This document shows, in pieces, positions 38,684-49,214 of a stretch of DNA of 64,000 bases; the first letter of the stretch is position 1; every line of letters begins with the position of its first letter. This DNA is from a bacterium (lineage in GTDB: Bacteria; SM23-31), in the NCBI GenBank assembly GCA_965249485.1, contig OZ252239.1, forward strand, positions 2,208,001 to 2,272,000, read 5' to 3'. Both the position numbers and the translations under genes were made by a program. The notes beneath the pieces were generated by a model, which was given only the letters and a program-made list of their open reading frames with translations, was not told the origin of the DNA and searched no databases.

Positions 38684-39043
38684 ATATTATCCAATAAGGG
38701 TGACGACCATACATAGAAACATGTTATACAAATGATTTTAGGATTAAATGAAGTCTATGGAACAGAATTAATTTTTGTTTCCGTAAGTAACTCATCTCTC
38801 TCTTTTTTTCGAAATTAAACAAGTATATCTTGCATACCTTTTTGAAGGCGAGAATAAATTGTCTTATCCCTTATAACGGTGGATCAAATTTTATCAAAAA
38901 GTTCTGATTCGATCCATAATTTAACTCAACAGAAGATACCACAATATTGTAATTTTGGTTTTCGTTTCTACAGATGGAGGAAATGGAAATTAAATTGATA
39001 ATTATATGGTTGGATTGAAAAGTAACAAAAAAAGGATTCGATT

Positions 39044-40552
39044 ATGATGGGCAAATATTTTAGAGTAATACACGGAGTTGTTTTTGTACTGATTCTTAGT
39101 TGTATGTTAATGACACAATTTTCAATTGCACAAACAATGATCGAAATTCGTCCTGACTGGGACTCAACAATGGATAATAAGATGGAGTGGTGGCACGATG
39201 CGAAATACGGAATGTTTATACACTGGGGTCCCGATGCGCTTCCGCGGGATGATTTTGACCGGCGGACTGCAACTGCAGAGGAGTGGCGCGCACATTCTGC
39301 AAAGCTTAATCCGGTCGATTTCGATGCTAAGAAGTGGATTGATATAGCGCGAAACTCAGGCATGAAATACATCGTATATGTTTCGAAGCACCATAACGGT
39401 TTTTCTATGTTTGATTCAAAATTTACCGATTATGACATAATTGATCATACGCCATTTGACCGTGACCCGTTGAAAGAACTGGCCGATGCCTGTTTCGATG
39501 CCGGTATCAGGTTGGGTGTTTACTATTCTAATACCGATTTATACCACCCTGAATTTCCACAAAAATATACAAATCGGCCTCATCACAATGCCAAACCTGA
39601 TGCTGATCTTGAAAAATATGTTGAGTTTATGCGAAACCAGATTCATGAGCTCATGACAAACTATGGGAAAGTCGATATTTTCTGGGTGGATGATGGCGGA
39701 GCATTCAGGCCAGGACAAGGATTCGAACTGCCTGATGAATATCAAGATATCGATATTGGAGCATTGAGTGAAGTTGAGCGCGTACAAATACGTCAGGAAT
39801 TACGTGATACGTATGGAATTGATATATTTGGCGGGGGGGAAGGTGGTCCGCTTGAATCCTATCTTGATAATTACCCCGAACTCATTCATGCCTATGATAT
39901 AATGGAGATGATGAGAGAGATCCAACCGGATATAATATTTGATGACCGTTTCGGGCATGGTACGATTGATTTTCTTACTCCCGAAGAGTTTGTACCAGAT
40001 TTTGGAAGAATCGAAACCTTTCATAACTTCGAAGTGTGTATGACAATGAACGATACATGGATGTTCAACAAGCAGAACACTGAGTGGATGACCGGCAGGA
40101 AGTCTCTTCGCAACCTCGTTGATGTTGCAAGCAGAGGAGGAAACTACTTGCTCAATGTCGGCCCCACCCCGGAAGGTGTTATCCCGCAAGAAGCAGTTGA
40201 TATCCTGATGCATACCGGTGATTGGTTGAAAAAATATGGCGAAAGTATCTATGGCACAAAAGGATCACAATGGGGAGAACCGGAATGGGGACGGATAACA
40301 CACCGGATCCTCGAGGATGGCACTACTCGTATGTATCTGCATGTATATGATTGGCCTGAGGATGGTAGAATTGTTCTTGACACGGTATTCCGCCGTCCGA
40401 TTCAGGCATACGCCATGCGGAGTATTCCAAGAAAGAATTTTGATGCGCGGATTGCCGGTTCCAATCGTTCCTTTATAGAGATAACACTTGATAGCAAACC
40501 ATGGGATGCAGATGATTCCGTTATAGTCCTTGATCTTGATAAAGCCCGGTAA
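39044..40552 (+). CDS. Alpha-L-fucosidase, GH29 (divergent copy)
   Basis: AKYGMFIHWG, KHHNGF, WVD nucleophile, GNYLLNVGP; signal peptide. Confidence 0.88.
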   Translation: MMGKYFRVIHGVVFVLILSCMLMTQFSIAQTMIEIRPDWDSTMDNKMEWWHDAKYGMFIHWGPDALPRDDFDRRTATAEEWRAHSAKLNPVDFDAKKWIDIARNSGMKYIVYVSKHHNGFSMFDSKFTDYDIIDHTPFDRDPLKELADACFDAGIRLGVYYSNTDLYHPEFPQKYTNRPHHNAKPDADLEKYVEFMRNQIHELMTNYGKVDIFWVDDGGAFRPGQGFELPDEYQDIDIGALSEVERVQIRQELRDTYGIDIFGGGEGGPLESYLDNYPELIHAYDIMEMMREIQPDIIFDDRFGHGTIDFLTPEEFVPDFGRIETFHNFEVCMTMNDTWMFNKQNTEWMTGRKSLRNLVDVASRGGNYLLNVGPTPEGVIPQEAVDILMHTGDWLKKYGESIYGTKGSQWGEPEWGRITHRILEDGTTRMYLHVYDWPEDGRIVLDTVFRRPIQAYAMRSIPRKNFDARIAGSNRSFIEITLDSKPWDADDSVIVLDLDKAR

Positions 40553-40688
40553 TGCTTTACTATGATTAGGATTTTAATATATTAAATAAGTAAGCAACTA
40601 TTAATTTCCATCTTATGGATCGCAAGCATATAACACGTTAAATCTGTTAAAAAAACCCATATTTTATTTAAAAGTAGGTGACAGATCA

Positions 40689-42503
40689 ATGGCTGATATT
40701 AGTTCTTTGAAAATGAACAAACCGCTCAAGCGTCTCAAAGGAGCAGTTCCAAAAATTGGAATCCGGCCGGTTATAGACGGAAGACGTGAAGGTGTACGTG
40801 AGTCGCTTGAAAACCAGACAATGCAAATGGCCAAAAACGCTGCACAGTTTCTGTCGGAAAACCTTCGTCAGTCAAATGGTTTGCAGGTTGAGTGTGTTCT
40901 TGCCGATACCACCATTGGCGGTGTTGCTGAGGCAGCTCAGTGTGCTGAAAAGTTTGCTCGTGAAGGAGTTGGAGTGTCCTTAACTGTAACGCCATGCTGG
41001 TGTTACGGGACAGAAGTAATGGATTCTGATCCCTTGGTTCCGAAAGCGGTATGGGGCTTTAACGGGACCGAACGTCCGGGAGCAGTTTATCTGGCTGCGG
41101 CCCTCGCAGGCTACAATCAAAAAGGATTGCCGGCTTTCAGTATATATGGACGCGAAGTTCAGGATGCTGGCGATACCACTATTCCGAATGATGTTCAGAG
41201 CAAGCTGCTTTTATTTGCCAAAGCTGGACTTTCCGCAGCAGAACTACGTGGCAAATCGTATCTCTCGATCGGAGCTGTTTCAATGGGAATTGTCGGTTCG
41301 ATGGTTGACCACGACTTCTTTCAGGATTATCTCGGTATACGTACGGAAGTTGTGGATATGACTGAACTTGTTCGGAGAATGGACAATGGCGTATATGATA
41401 CAGATGAATTTGATCGTGCACTTCAATGGGTCAAACATTATTGTAAAGAAGGTGAAGATTTTAATATTCCCGAAAAACAGATTTCCCGTAAACGGAAAGA
41501 TGAAGAATGGAAAACAGTCGTTAAAATGACAATGATAGTACGGGATTTGATGATTGGAAATCCTCGATTAGCCGAACTTGGCTTTGGTGAGGAAGCGCTC
41601 GGACACAATGCATTGATTTCTGGTTTTCAGGGGCAGCGGCAGTGGACGGACAATTATCCTAATGGAGACTTTCTGGAAGCTATTTTAAATTCCTCGTTTG
41701 ACTGGAACGGTATCAGGGAAGCATTTTCCGTTGCAACTGAAAATGACTGTCTGAACGGTGTAACGATGGCATTTGGTCATTTGTTGACAGATACTGCTCA
41801 GATATTTGCCGATGTCCGAACTTACTGGAGCACCGATTCTGTCAAACGTGTAACCGGCAAAAACTTAACAGGAAAAGCATCCGAAGGAATGTTGCATTTG
41901 ATTAATTCGGGTTCTGCAACGCTAGATGGTACAGGTCAGCAATCCTTCAACGGTAAACCGATTATGAAACCATTCTGGAATATTACTCCAACAGAGGCAG
42001 AGCGGTGTCTGGAAGCAACCAGATGGTGTCCGGCAATGTTGGAGTATTTCAGAGGTGGTGGATTTTCATCCCAGTATCTGACCAAAGGTGAAATGCCAGT
42101 AACAATGGCACGGATCAACCTTGTAAAAGGCCTGGGACCTGCTCTTCAGTTAGCAGAAGGTTATGCCCTTGATATACCTTCGGACATTCATACGGTGCTG
42201 GATCAAAGAACAAATCCTTCGTGGCCGACAACATGGTTTGCGCCGATTATTACGGGCAATGGTCCATTTCGTGACGTTTATTCAGTCATGTATAACTGGG
42301 GCGCGAATCATGGAGCAATTAGCTATGGCCATATTGGAGATAAATTGATCACTCTTGCCTCTATGCTGCGTATTCCGGTGTATATGCATAACGTATCCGA
42401 AGAACGGATATTCAGACCCAGTGTATGGACGGCATTTGGAACACATGATATACAAGGTGCCGATTTCAGAGCCTGTAAAAACTTTGGCCCTCTCTACAGA
42501 TAA
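40689..42503 (+). CDS. fucI: L-fucose isomerase
   Basis: [62 protein letters not shown]. Confidence 0.97.
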   Translation: MADISSLKMNKPLKRLKGAVPKIGIRPVIDGRREGVRESLENQTMQMAKNAAQFLSENLRQSNGLQVECVLADTTIGGVAEAAQCAEKFAREGVGVSLTVTPCWCYGTEVMDSDPLVPKAVWGFNGTERPGAVYLAAALAGYNQKGLPAFSIYGREVQDAGDTTIPNDVQSKLLLFAKAGLSAAELRGKSYLSIGAVSMGIVGSMVDHDFFQDYLGIRTEVVDMTELVRRMDNGVYDTDEFDRALQWVKHYCKEGEDFNIPEKQISRKRKDEEWKTVVKMTMIVRDLMIGNPRLAELGFGEEALGHNALISGFQGQRQWTDNYPNGDFLEAILNSSFDWNGIREAFSVATENDCLNGVTMAFGHLLTDTAQIFADVRTYWSTDSVKRVTGKNLTGKASEGMLHLINSGSATLDGTGQQSFNGKPIMKPFWNITPTEAERCLEATRWCPAMLEYFRGGGFSSQYLTKGEMPVTMARINLVKGLGPALQLAEGYALDIPSDIHTVLDQRTNPSWPTTWFAPIITGNGPFRDVYSVMYNWGANHGAISYGHIGDKLITLASMLRIPVYMHNVSEERIFRPSVWTAFGTHDIQGADFRACKNFGPLYR

Positions 42504-42583
42504 TGAAACACAGAAGATTGAGGTTGAAAGAATAAGATTCAATTTTCAGATAAAGTATGATAACCAGCATTGTGTGAGTTGTT

Positions 42584-43354
42584 ATGGAAAAAACGAACGA
42601 TAAGTTTACGATTCATAAAGAAATACTTTATTTATCTCATGAACTTGGCCGTCCTGAACATCGATTGGTAATTTTAGGAGAAGGTAACACGTCGGTATTG
42701 TTTGATAAAGAATCATTTTTATTAAAAGCGAGTGGCAGTCAACTACAAACATTGCTAGAAGAACAGGTCGTGCAGGTGCTATTTGATAAAATATTACCGC
42801 TTCTTGATAAAAATCATACTGAAGAGGACACACAGAATGCACTGCATGAATCAAAAGTCAATCCGAATGGGCTGAATCCATCCGTCGAAGCTGCATTTCA
42901 TGCCTGGCTGCTTAAACAGGAAAGTGTACGATTTGTCGGTCATACGCATCCGATTGAAGTAAATAAAATTCTCTGCTCGAATAAGGCTGAAGAATTTGCG
43001 AATAAGCGGCTTTTTCCTGATGAAATTGTGTGTTGTGAACCCAAATCACTCCTTATAGAATACGTCAATCCGGGGGCCGAACTGGCAGTAGCAATTCGAA
43101 ATGGATGGAAGAAATTTGTTGACATGAATGGGTATACCCCGAAGCTCATATTGATAAAAAATCATGGATTGATAGCAGTAGGAAGAACGGTTGACAGTGT
43201 GCTTGCTACAACGCTTATGGCAGTTAAAGCAGCCGAAATTTTTAATGGGGCTTATTCAAATGGAAGCCCGGTGTTTATGGAAGAAAATGAGGTTCAACGC
43301 ATTTATAACCGGGCTGATGAAGCATATCGAAAGAAAAAGTTAAATTTAGTCTAA
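42584..43354 (+). CDS. Class II aldolase/adducin family protein (fuculose/rhamnulose-1-P aldolase-like)
   Basis: GEGNTS, KASG, PSVEAAFH, HTHP, NHG zinc ligands. Confidence 0.85.
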   Translation: MEKTNDKFTIHKEILYLSHELGRPEHRLVILGEGNTSVLFDKESFLLKASGSQLQTLLEEQVVQVLFDKILPLLDKNHTEEDTQNALHESKVNPNGLNPSVEAAFHAWLLKQESVRFVGHTHPIEVNKILCSNKAEEFANKRLFPDEIVCCEPKSLLIEYVNPGAELAVAIRNGWKKFVDMNGYTPKLILIKNHGLIAVGRTVDSVLATTLMAVKAAEIFNGAYSNGSPVFMEENEVQRIYNRADEAYRKKKLNLV

Positions 43355-43434
43355 TTATTTTATACATATATATATACCAATAAAAGCAAAGTGAATTAAA
43401 TTATTACTGATTATTGTTGGGAGATAGGTGTGTC

Positions 43435-45624
43435 ATGAGTAATGATAGAAATAGGTTGATCTTATTGGAAGACAAATGGGATGGAAATGATATTAAAGGA
43501 TACGATGATGGAGAAATACTTCGTTATCGCTCTAATTTGCTAGGCTCCGATCTGCGAATTACCAATTTTGGTGGGGGTAATACATCTTCTAAAGTTATTG
43601 AACAGGATAAAATAACAGGTGCAGACGTTGACGTGCTCTGGGTGAAAGGAAGTGGTGGAGATTTAGGTTCGATAAAACGAGATGGTTTTGCAAGGTTGGA
43701 TATGAGCAAATTTCTAGCCCTTCAAGAGAAGTACCGGGGGATGGAATTTGAAGATGAGATGCTCGAATATTATCCCTTGTGCCAATTTGGATTAAATAAT
43801 CGTCCTGCATCAATTGATACACCGCTGCATGGATTAGTACCGTATAAACATATCGATCATATGCATCCGGACTGGGCAATAGCCCTTGCTGCCTCCGGTA
43901 ATGGTCAGCAAAAACTGCGGGAATTCAATGATCAATTTCAATACAATCTTATCTGGCTGCCCTGGCAGCGTCCCGGCTACCATTTGGGATGTATGCTTGA
44001 AAATGCCGTTAAGGAAAATCCGGGTGCCGAAGGAGTCATTCTCGCATCACACGGACTTATCACATGGGCAGATGACCAGTATGAGTGTTACCGGCTGACA
44101 ATTGAGGTGATCGATGCAATGGGACAGTTTATCAATACTTTTCAGAACACGAAGGGGGATAAATTATTTAGTGGCCAAAAGTTTACAAGTCGGAACGACC
44201 GGGATCATTGTGCGGATTTCATATTCCCTTATCTGCGAGGAGTTGTTAAAACAGACAGACCGGTCATTGGTAATTTTGATGATTCAGCAGATGTGCTTCG
44301 ATTTGTCAATAGTGCTGACGGTGAAAAACTCGCATTTCAAGGTACGAGCTGCCCCGATCACTTTATACGCACAAAAGTTCGGCCTCTCTATGTGAAGTGG
44401 GATACAAAAAACGGAACAATTGCTGATCTGAAATCCGCAGTCGATGCTTCTTTGAAAACTTATCAGTTAGAATATGAAAAGTATTACGAATCGAATAAAG
44501 AAGAAGATTCACCTCCTATTCGTGGTGTCAATCCAACCGTTGTCCTGATTCCGGGTATTGGGATGTTCAGTTTCGGCAAAAGTAAAAAAGAGGCCCGAAT
44601 AACGGGTGAATTCTACATCAATGCAATTCATGTAATGGAGGGATCAACGTCTCTGGATAATGGAAAGCTTGACTCGGAAATCGACAAAAAATTTGTTTTG
44701 AACAATTATGTTGCACTGACTCCTCGGGAAGCCTTCCGCATCGAATACTGGGCACTTGAAGAAGCGAAAATCAGGCGTCAGCCTGCTGAAAAAGAAATGG
44801 CGCGAAAAGTCGCTGTAGTATTAGGAGGCGGCAGCGGAATTGGCAAAGAATTTTGCAAAAAATTAGCGGGAGAAGGTGCTCACGTTGTGATAGCTGACTT
44901 TAATTATAGAGCTGCACAAGAAGCCGAACATGAACTCTCAGAACAAATGGGTAATGAAGTTTTTATGAGTGTTGACGTTGACATATCTGATCGTGCATCT
45001 GTCAAAAAAGCATTTAAAAAAGCGATCCTAGACTTCGGTGGACTTGATATTTTGGTGAATACGGCAGCTCTTTTTACACAACCGGATAAAGAAAACACCT
45101 TTAGTGATGAATCCTGGAATAAAACATTGACTATAAATATAAGCAGTAATTACATCGTAACTGAGGTATTTGCAGAAATTGTAAATGAACAAGGCACAGA
45201 TGGGGCTGTGGTTTTAACAAGTTCGGCAAATGCAGTCGTTCCAAAATCGGGAAGTGAACCGTATGACGTGAGCAAAGCAGCAGTTAACCACTTGATTCGT
45301 GAGTTAGCAATCCGTTATGCTCCGAATATACGGATCAATGGAGTAAGCCCGGCAACAGTCATTGAAGGCAGCTCAATGTTTTCTCGTGAACGAATTATGA
45401 AGAGTCTTGAAAAATACAAAATACCATTTGATAAAAATGAAGAAATGTCAGAACTGGCTATAAAACTCTCTGAATTTTATGCGCAAAGGACATTAACGCA
45501 TCGCCCCATTGTACCCATAAATGTTGTCGAGGCAGGTTATTACCTGCTCAGTCCGAGGTCTGATAGAACAACCGGACATATAATACCTGTCGATGGCGGG
45601 CTTACAGAAGCGTTTCTGCGTTAA
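43435..45624 (+). CDS. Bifunctional rhamnulose-1-phosphate aldolase/short-chain dehydrogenase (RhaEW/RhaD type)
   Basis: GGGNTSSK, SIDTPLH, DHMHPD, CPDHF, EYWALEEAK, then SDR GGGSGIG and YDVSK. ATG 43435 is preferred (ORF track start 43414). Confidence 0.92.
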   Translation: MSNDRNRLILLEDKWDGNDIKGYDDGEILRYRSNLLGSDLRITNFGGGNTSSKVIEQDKITGADVDVLWVKGSGGDLGSIKRDGFARLDMSKFLALQEKYRGMEFEDEMLEYYPLCQFGLNNRPASIDTPLHGLVPYKHIDHMHPDWAIALAASGNGQQKLREFNDQFQYNLIWLPWQRPGYHLGCMLENAVKENPGAEGVILASHGLITWADDQYECYRLTIEVIDAMGQFINTFQNTKGDKLFSGQKFTSRNDRDHCADFIFPYLRGVVKTDRPVIGNFDDSADVLRFVNSADGEKLAFQGTSCPDHFIRTKVRPLYVKWDTKNGTIADLKSAVDASLKTYQLEYEKYYESNKEEDSPPIRGVNPTVVLIPGIGMFSFGKSKKEARITGEFYINAIHVMEGSTSLDNGKLDSEIDKKFVLNNYVALTPREAFRIEYWALEEAKIRRQPAEKEMARKVAVVLGGGSGIGKEFCKKLAGEGAHVVIADFNYRAAQEAEHELSEQMGNEVFMSVDVDISDRASVKKAFKKAILDFGGLDILVNTAALFTQPDKENTFSDESWNKTLTINISSNYIVTEVFAEIVNEQGTDGAVVLTSSANAVVPKSGSEPYDVSKAAVNHLIRELAIRYAPNIRINGVSPATVIEGSSMFSRERIMKSLEKYKIPFDKNEEMSELAIKLSEFYAQRTLTHRPIVPINVVEAGYYLLSPRSDRTTGHIIPVDGGLTEAFLR

Positions 45625-45647
45625 TTGTAACAACACAATATCAATTC

Positions 45648-47123
45648 ATGGCAGGATCAAAATTTTTGGCAGCCGATTTCGGCGCAGAAAATGGCAGGAC
45701 TATTCTTGGAGTCATTGATGAAAGAAAAATTCATCTGCAGGAGGTCCATCGTTTTTCCAATAATCCCATACAAAACGCCGGGCATGTACAGTGGGATATA
45801 CAATATCTTTTTGCAGAATTAAAAAAAAGTATTGCCGTAGTATCTCATCAAGGTCATACAGATATTAAAAGTATTGGTATTGACACATGGGGAGTGGATT
45901 TTGGTTTAATTGGACATGATGATGCGCTGATAGAGAATCCATATTCATATCGCGATTCCAGAACTAATGGGATGATGGAGCAGGCATTTGAATTGATGCC
46001 CCGTAAAGAAATTTATGCCCACACCGGTAATCAATTCATGCAGATAAATACAATTTATCAGCTCTTAAGTATTGCTCAATCAGATAGATCTGTTTTTGAT
46101 AAGACAAAGAGGCTTTTATTTATGCCGGATTTGTTTCATTATCTATTGACAGGAGAACAATCATCAGAATACACAATTGCTTCTACTTCTCAATTACTGA
46201 ATGCAAAACTAATGCAATGGGATGTAGAAATTTTTGAAAATTTGAATATTCCAATCGCAATTATGCCTCGACTTGAACAACCGGGAACATGTTTGGGACC
46301 GCTCTTGCCGGAAATTGTCGAAGAAACGGGCATATCACCTTTAGATGTTGTTGCACCTGCGGGTCATGATACGGCATGTGCCGTTGCCGCTATACCATCA
46401 CAATCAAATCAGAGCGCCTTTTTGAGTTCAGGTACCTGGTCACTTCTAGGAATAGAAGTAGACGAGCCAATTATCAATGCAAAATCATGTGAAAGAAATT
46501 TCACGAATGAGAGGGGATACAACGGAAAAATTCGGTTTCTTCGTAATACAATGGGGATGTGGCTTTTACAGCAATGTCAGAAACAGTGGAAAATTCAGGG
46601 AGAATATCTGTCTTATGAAAAGTTGATATATCAATCAAAAAACTCCCCGGAATTTTCATGTATCATTGACCCTGATGATCCGCTCTTTTTAAACCCTCCG
46701 GATATGTTGGCAGCTATAGCAGAATATTGCATAAATACACATCAGAAAGTTCCTGAATCAAAAGGGGAAATAGTACGAACTATATTTGAAAGTTTAGCAT
46801 TGAAATACAGATTTATCATTGAAAGTATAAATGAAATGATTCCGAAACCGGTCGAGAATCTCCATATAGTAGGTGGAGTTTCACAAAATGAAATGCTCAA
46901 CGAGTTTAGTGCTCATGCAATCGGAATTCCTGTAATTGCAGGTCCGGTTGAAGCAACGGCAGCAGGAAATATAATGATTCAGGCAATTACTCACGGTGAA
47001 ATATCCGGAATTGAAGAGGGGAAAAATTTGATAAAAGAATCATTCACGCTCAAGCGCTATGAACCACAAGAAATTGAAAAATGGGATATATATTATCAGA
47101 CAATTAAGCAATTGTTTAAATAA
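45648..47123 (+). CDS. Rhamnulokinase/L-fuculokinase (RhaB/FucK family)
   Basis: ADFGAENGR, GIDTWGVDF, YRDSRT, GHDTACAV, SSGTWSL, FTNE, GPVEATAAGN. Confidence 0.92.
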   Translation: MAGSKFLAADFGAENGRTILGVIDERKIHLQEVHRFSNNPIQNAGHVQWDIQYLFAELKKSIAVVSHQGHTDIKSIGIDTWGVDFGLIGHDDALIENPYSYRDSRTNGMMEQAFELMPRKEIYAHTGNQFMQINTIYQLLSIAQSDRSVFDKTKRLLFMPDLFHYLLTGEQSSEYTIASTSQLLNAKLMQWDVEIFENLNIPIAIMPRLEQPGTCLGPLLPEIVEETGISPLDVVAPAGHDTACAVAAIPSQSNQSAFLSSGTWSLLGIEVDEPIINAKSCERNFTNERGYNGKIRFLRNTMGMWLLQQCQKQWKIQGEYLSYEKLIYQSKNSPEFSCIIDPDDPLFLNPPDMLAAIAEYCINTHQKVPESKGEIVRTIFESLALKYRFIIESINEMIPKPVENLHIVGGVSQNEMLNEFSAHAIGIPVIAGPVEATAAGNIMIQAITHGEISGIEEGKNLIKESFTLKRYEPQEIEKWDIYYQTIKQLFK

Positions 47124-47140
47124 TAGAGCAAAAGTAAGGG

Positions 47141-48586
47141 ATGGTTATGTACACATGTAAAAATAAGTTAGCAGCTTGTGTTGTTGTATTAATAGTTTTG
47201 ATTTTTGCATTTCAGTTGTATGCGCAGCAAAAAGCCCATGTAAGGAATGATTGGGATGAATCGATGGAAAAGCGTATGGAGTGGTGGCGTGATGCGAGGT
47301 ATGGACTGTTTGTTCACTGGGGACTTTATTCGGTCCCATCCGGTGAATGGGAAGGTGAAACAACATATGGGGAGTGGATAATGCGGAGTGCCGATATTCC
47401 AATCAATGAGTATGAAAAGTTTGCTCAAGGATTCAATCCGACTAAATTCAATGCTGATGAATGGGTCGATATTGCGCAAAAAGCAGGCATGAAATATATA
47501 ATGATTACAACAAAACACCACGATGGCTTTAGAATGTTTGATTCCAAATATACTGATTATGATATAATAGATAGTACTCCATTTGGACGAGATCCGATTA
47601 AGGAACTTGCTGAAGCGTGCCAGCGGAGAGGAATTAAATTTGGACTTTATTATTCAATAACAGATTGGCATCATCCCGATTTCGCCGAGAAGTGGCACGG
47701 ATACCACGGAAATCCCAATCCTGAAGCAGATCTTGAACAATATGTAGACTTCTATCAGAACCAAATTAGAGAGTTGCTGACCAACTATGGACCAATAAGT
47801 CTATTCTGGTTTGATGACGGTGGAGCATTCATGACACCCGATTCTCGATTTGGAGGAGAAGAGTATTATCTGCCAGAACATCCACAGCTTATTCATGCTG
47901 AAGAAACTATGGAGATCATGCGTTCTCTCCAACGGGACATAATCATTAATGACCGTTTGGGCGGCGAAACGGCAGATTATATATCACCTGAAGAGGCAAT
48001 TCCTCCAATGAATGCCGATGAAATCAATCAAAACTTCGAAGTTTGTATGACATTGAATGACGAATGGGGATTCAATAAGGCGGATATCAACTGGAAAAGC
48101 CCAAAAGAAATAACGTTCGAATTAGTCGATATTATCAGTAAAAATGGCAATTATTTACTGAATATAGGTCCAACACCGGAAGGAGAAATCCCGCAAACTT
48201 CTGCTACAATGCTTCTCGGAGCTGGTAAATGGATTCAGCGGAATGCTGAAGCAGTATACGGAACAAGAGGCAGTCTAATAGGCCAACCGGAATGGGGACG
48301 AATAACACAAAGAGTACTTGATGACGGTAATACGCGGCTGTATCTTCACGTATTTGACTGGGTACGAAGCAGAAATCCACAACCTCGGGAAATTGTTGTA
48401 CGTGGTTTACCGAATAAACCCATACAGGCTTATCCACTTACTGCAGTACCTCGACGGTATTTTGAAACGGAAAAGAGAGGAAATTCAATCATTGTTACTC
48501 ATACAGGAAGACCAACGGACAGGGTTAATACAGTTATAGTATTAGATGTGGAAGGTGAAGTTAAATTTATAGGAAGTGAAAATTAG
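47141..48586 (+). CDS. Alpha-L-fucosidase, GH29
   Basis: RYGLFVHWGLYS, GEWIM, KHHDGF, WFD, GNYLLNIGP; signal peptide. Confidence 0.93.
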   Translation: MVMYTCKNKLAACVVVLIVLIFAFQLYAQQKAHVRNDWDESMEKRMEWWRDARYGLFVHWGLYSVPSGEWEGETTYGEWIMRSADIPINEYEKFAQGFNPTKFNADEWVDIAQKAGMKYIMITTKHHDGFRMFDSKYTDYDIIDSTPFGRDPIKELAEACQRRGIKFGLYYSITDWHHPDFAEKWHGYHGNPNPEADLEQYVDFYQNQIRELLTNYGPISLFWFDDGGAFMTPDSRFGGEEYYLPEHPQLIHAEETMEIMRSLQRDIIINDRLGGETADYISPEEAIPPMNADEINQNFEVCMTLNDEWGFNKADINWKSPKEITFELVDIISKNGNYLLNIGPTPEGEIPQTSATMLLGAGKWIQRNAEAVYGTRGSLIGQPEWGRITQRVLDDGNTRLYLHVFDWVRSRNPQPREIVVRGLPNKPIQAYPLTAVPRRYFETEKRGNSIIVTHTGRPTDRVNTVIVLDVEGEVKFIGSEN

Positions 48587-48598
48587 AGAAAGTAATAA

Positions 48599-48943
48599 AT
48601 GCGTGATTCATTTGTCATAGGATTAGATTGTGGGACCGATTCAATTCGCTGTCTCTTGGCAGAGAGTGAATCGGGTGAAGAGGTCTCATCAGCGGTTTGC
48701 CTTTTTGAACGATGAAATCGGGGAGACTATTGCGACGCCGTCAGAAATGGATATCGACAGCATCCTCTTGATCATATCGAAGGGCTCAAACAGGCTGTTA
48801 CCCAGTGTATAAGCACTGTCCCATCACTGTATGTCAGAAATATTATTGGAATTGGTGTTGATACAACGGGCTCTACTCCTGGTCCGACAGATAAAAACGG
48901 AGCACCATTAGCATTACAGCCTGAATTATTATATTGCTATTGA
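48599..48943 (+). pseudogene. araB: Ribulokinase N-terminal remnant with an internal stop
   Basis: MRDSFVIGLDCGTDSIR...FER*NRGDYCD...YRQHPLDHIEG...IGIGVDTTGSTPGPTDKNGAPLALQPE resembles the AraB N-terminus as recalled. TGA at 48713-48715 sits at a Trp position; similarity ends near 48925. Confidence 0.85.
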
Positions 48944-49025
48944 TTCAGAACCATAATGAATAATATTTGAATATATGGAATTGTGTAATGTATTTGTTAC
49001 AATATATTAATGATAAGAATAGGAC

Positions 49026-49054
49026 TTGCAAATGGTAAACGATTATAGTACCAT
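49026..49054 (+). promoter_or_regulatory. Putative sigma70 promoter
   Basis: TTGCAA-17 nt-TACCAT upstream of DUF885 copy 2. Confidence 0.45.
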
Positions 49055-49214
49055 GGAGTCCAAGGTTTCTGTATTCTTCTTTTAACATCCGCCAAACCAA
49101 ACCAAACAATATTATTAGAAATCAACACAACACAACTATATTCTCATTGAGAAAACTAATAATGATAATGAATAGATTCACAAGTAAACTTTATCTTAAA
49201 TGGAGGTTTGAACC

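Noticed and set aside
40689..47123. Bacterial microcompartment-associated fucose/rhamnose pathway
   Set aside because: No shell-protein genes are present; the fused SDR domain can account for lactaldehyde handling.
48713..48715. TGA-to-Trp or Sec recoding in araB
   Set aside because: TGA ends many intact genes in this window and the araB fragment is truncated anyway; a TGG-to-TGA nonsense mutation is simpler.
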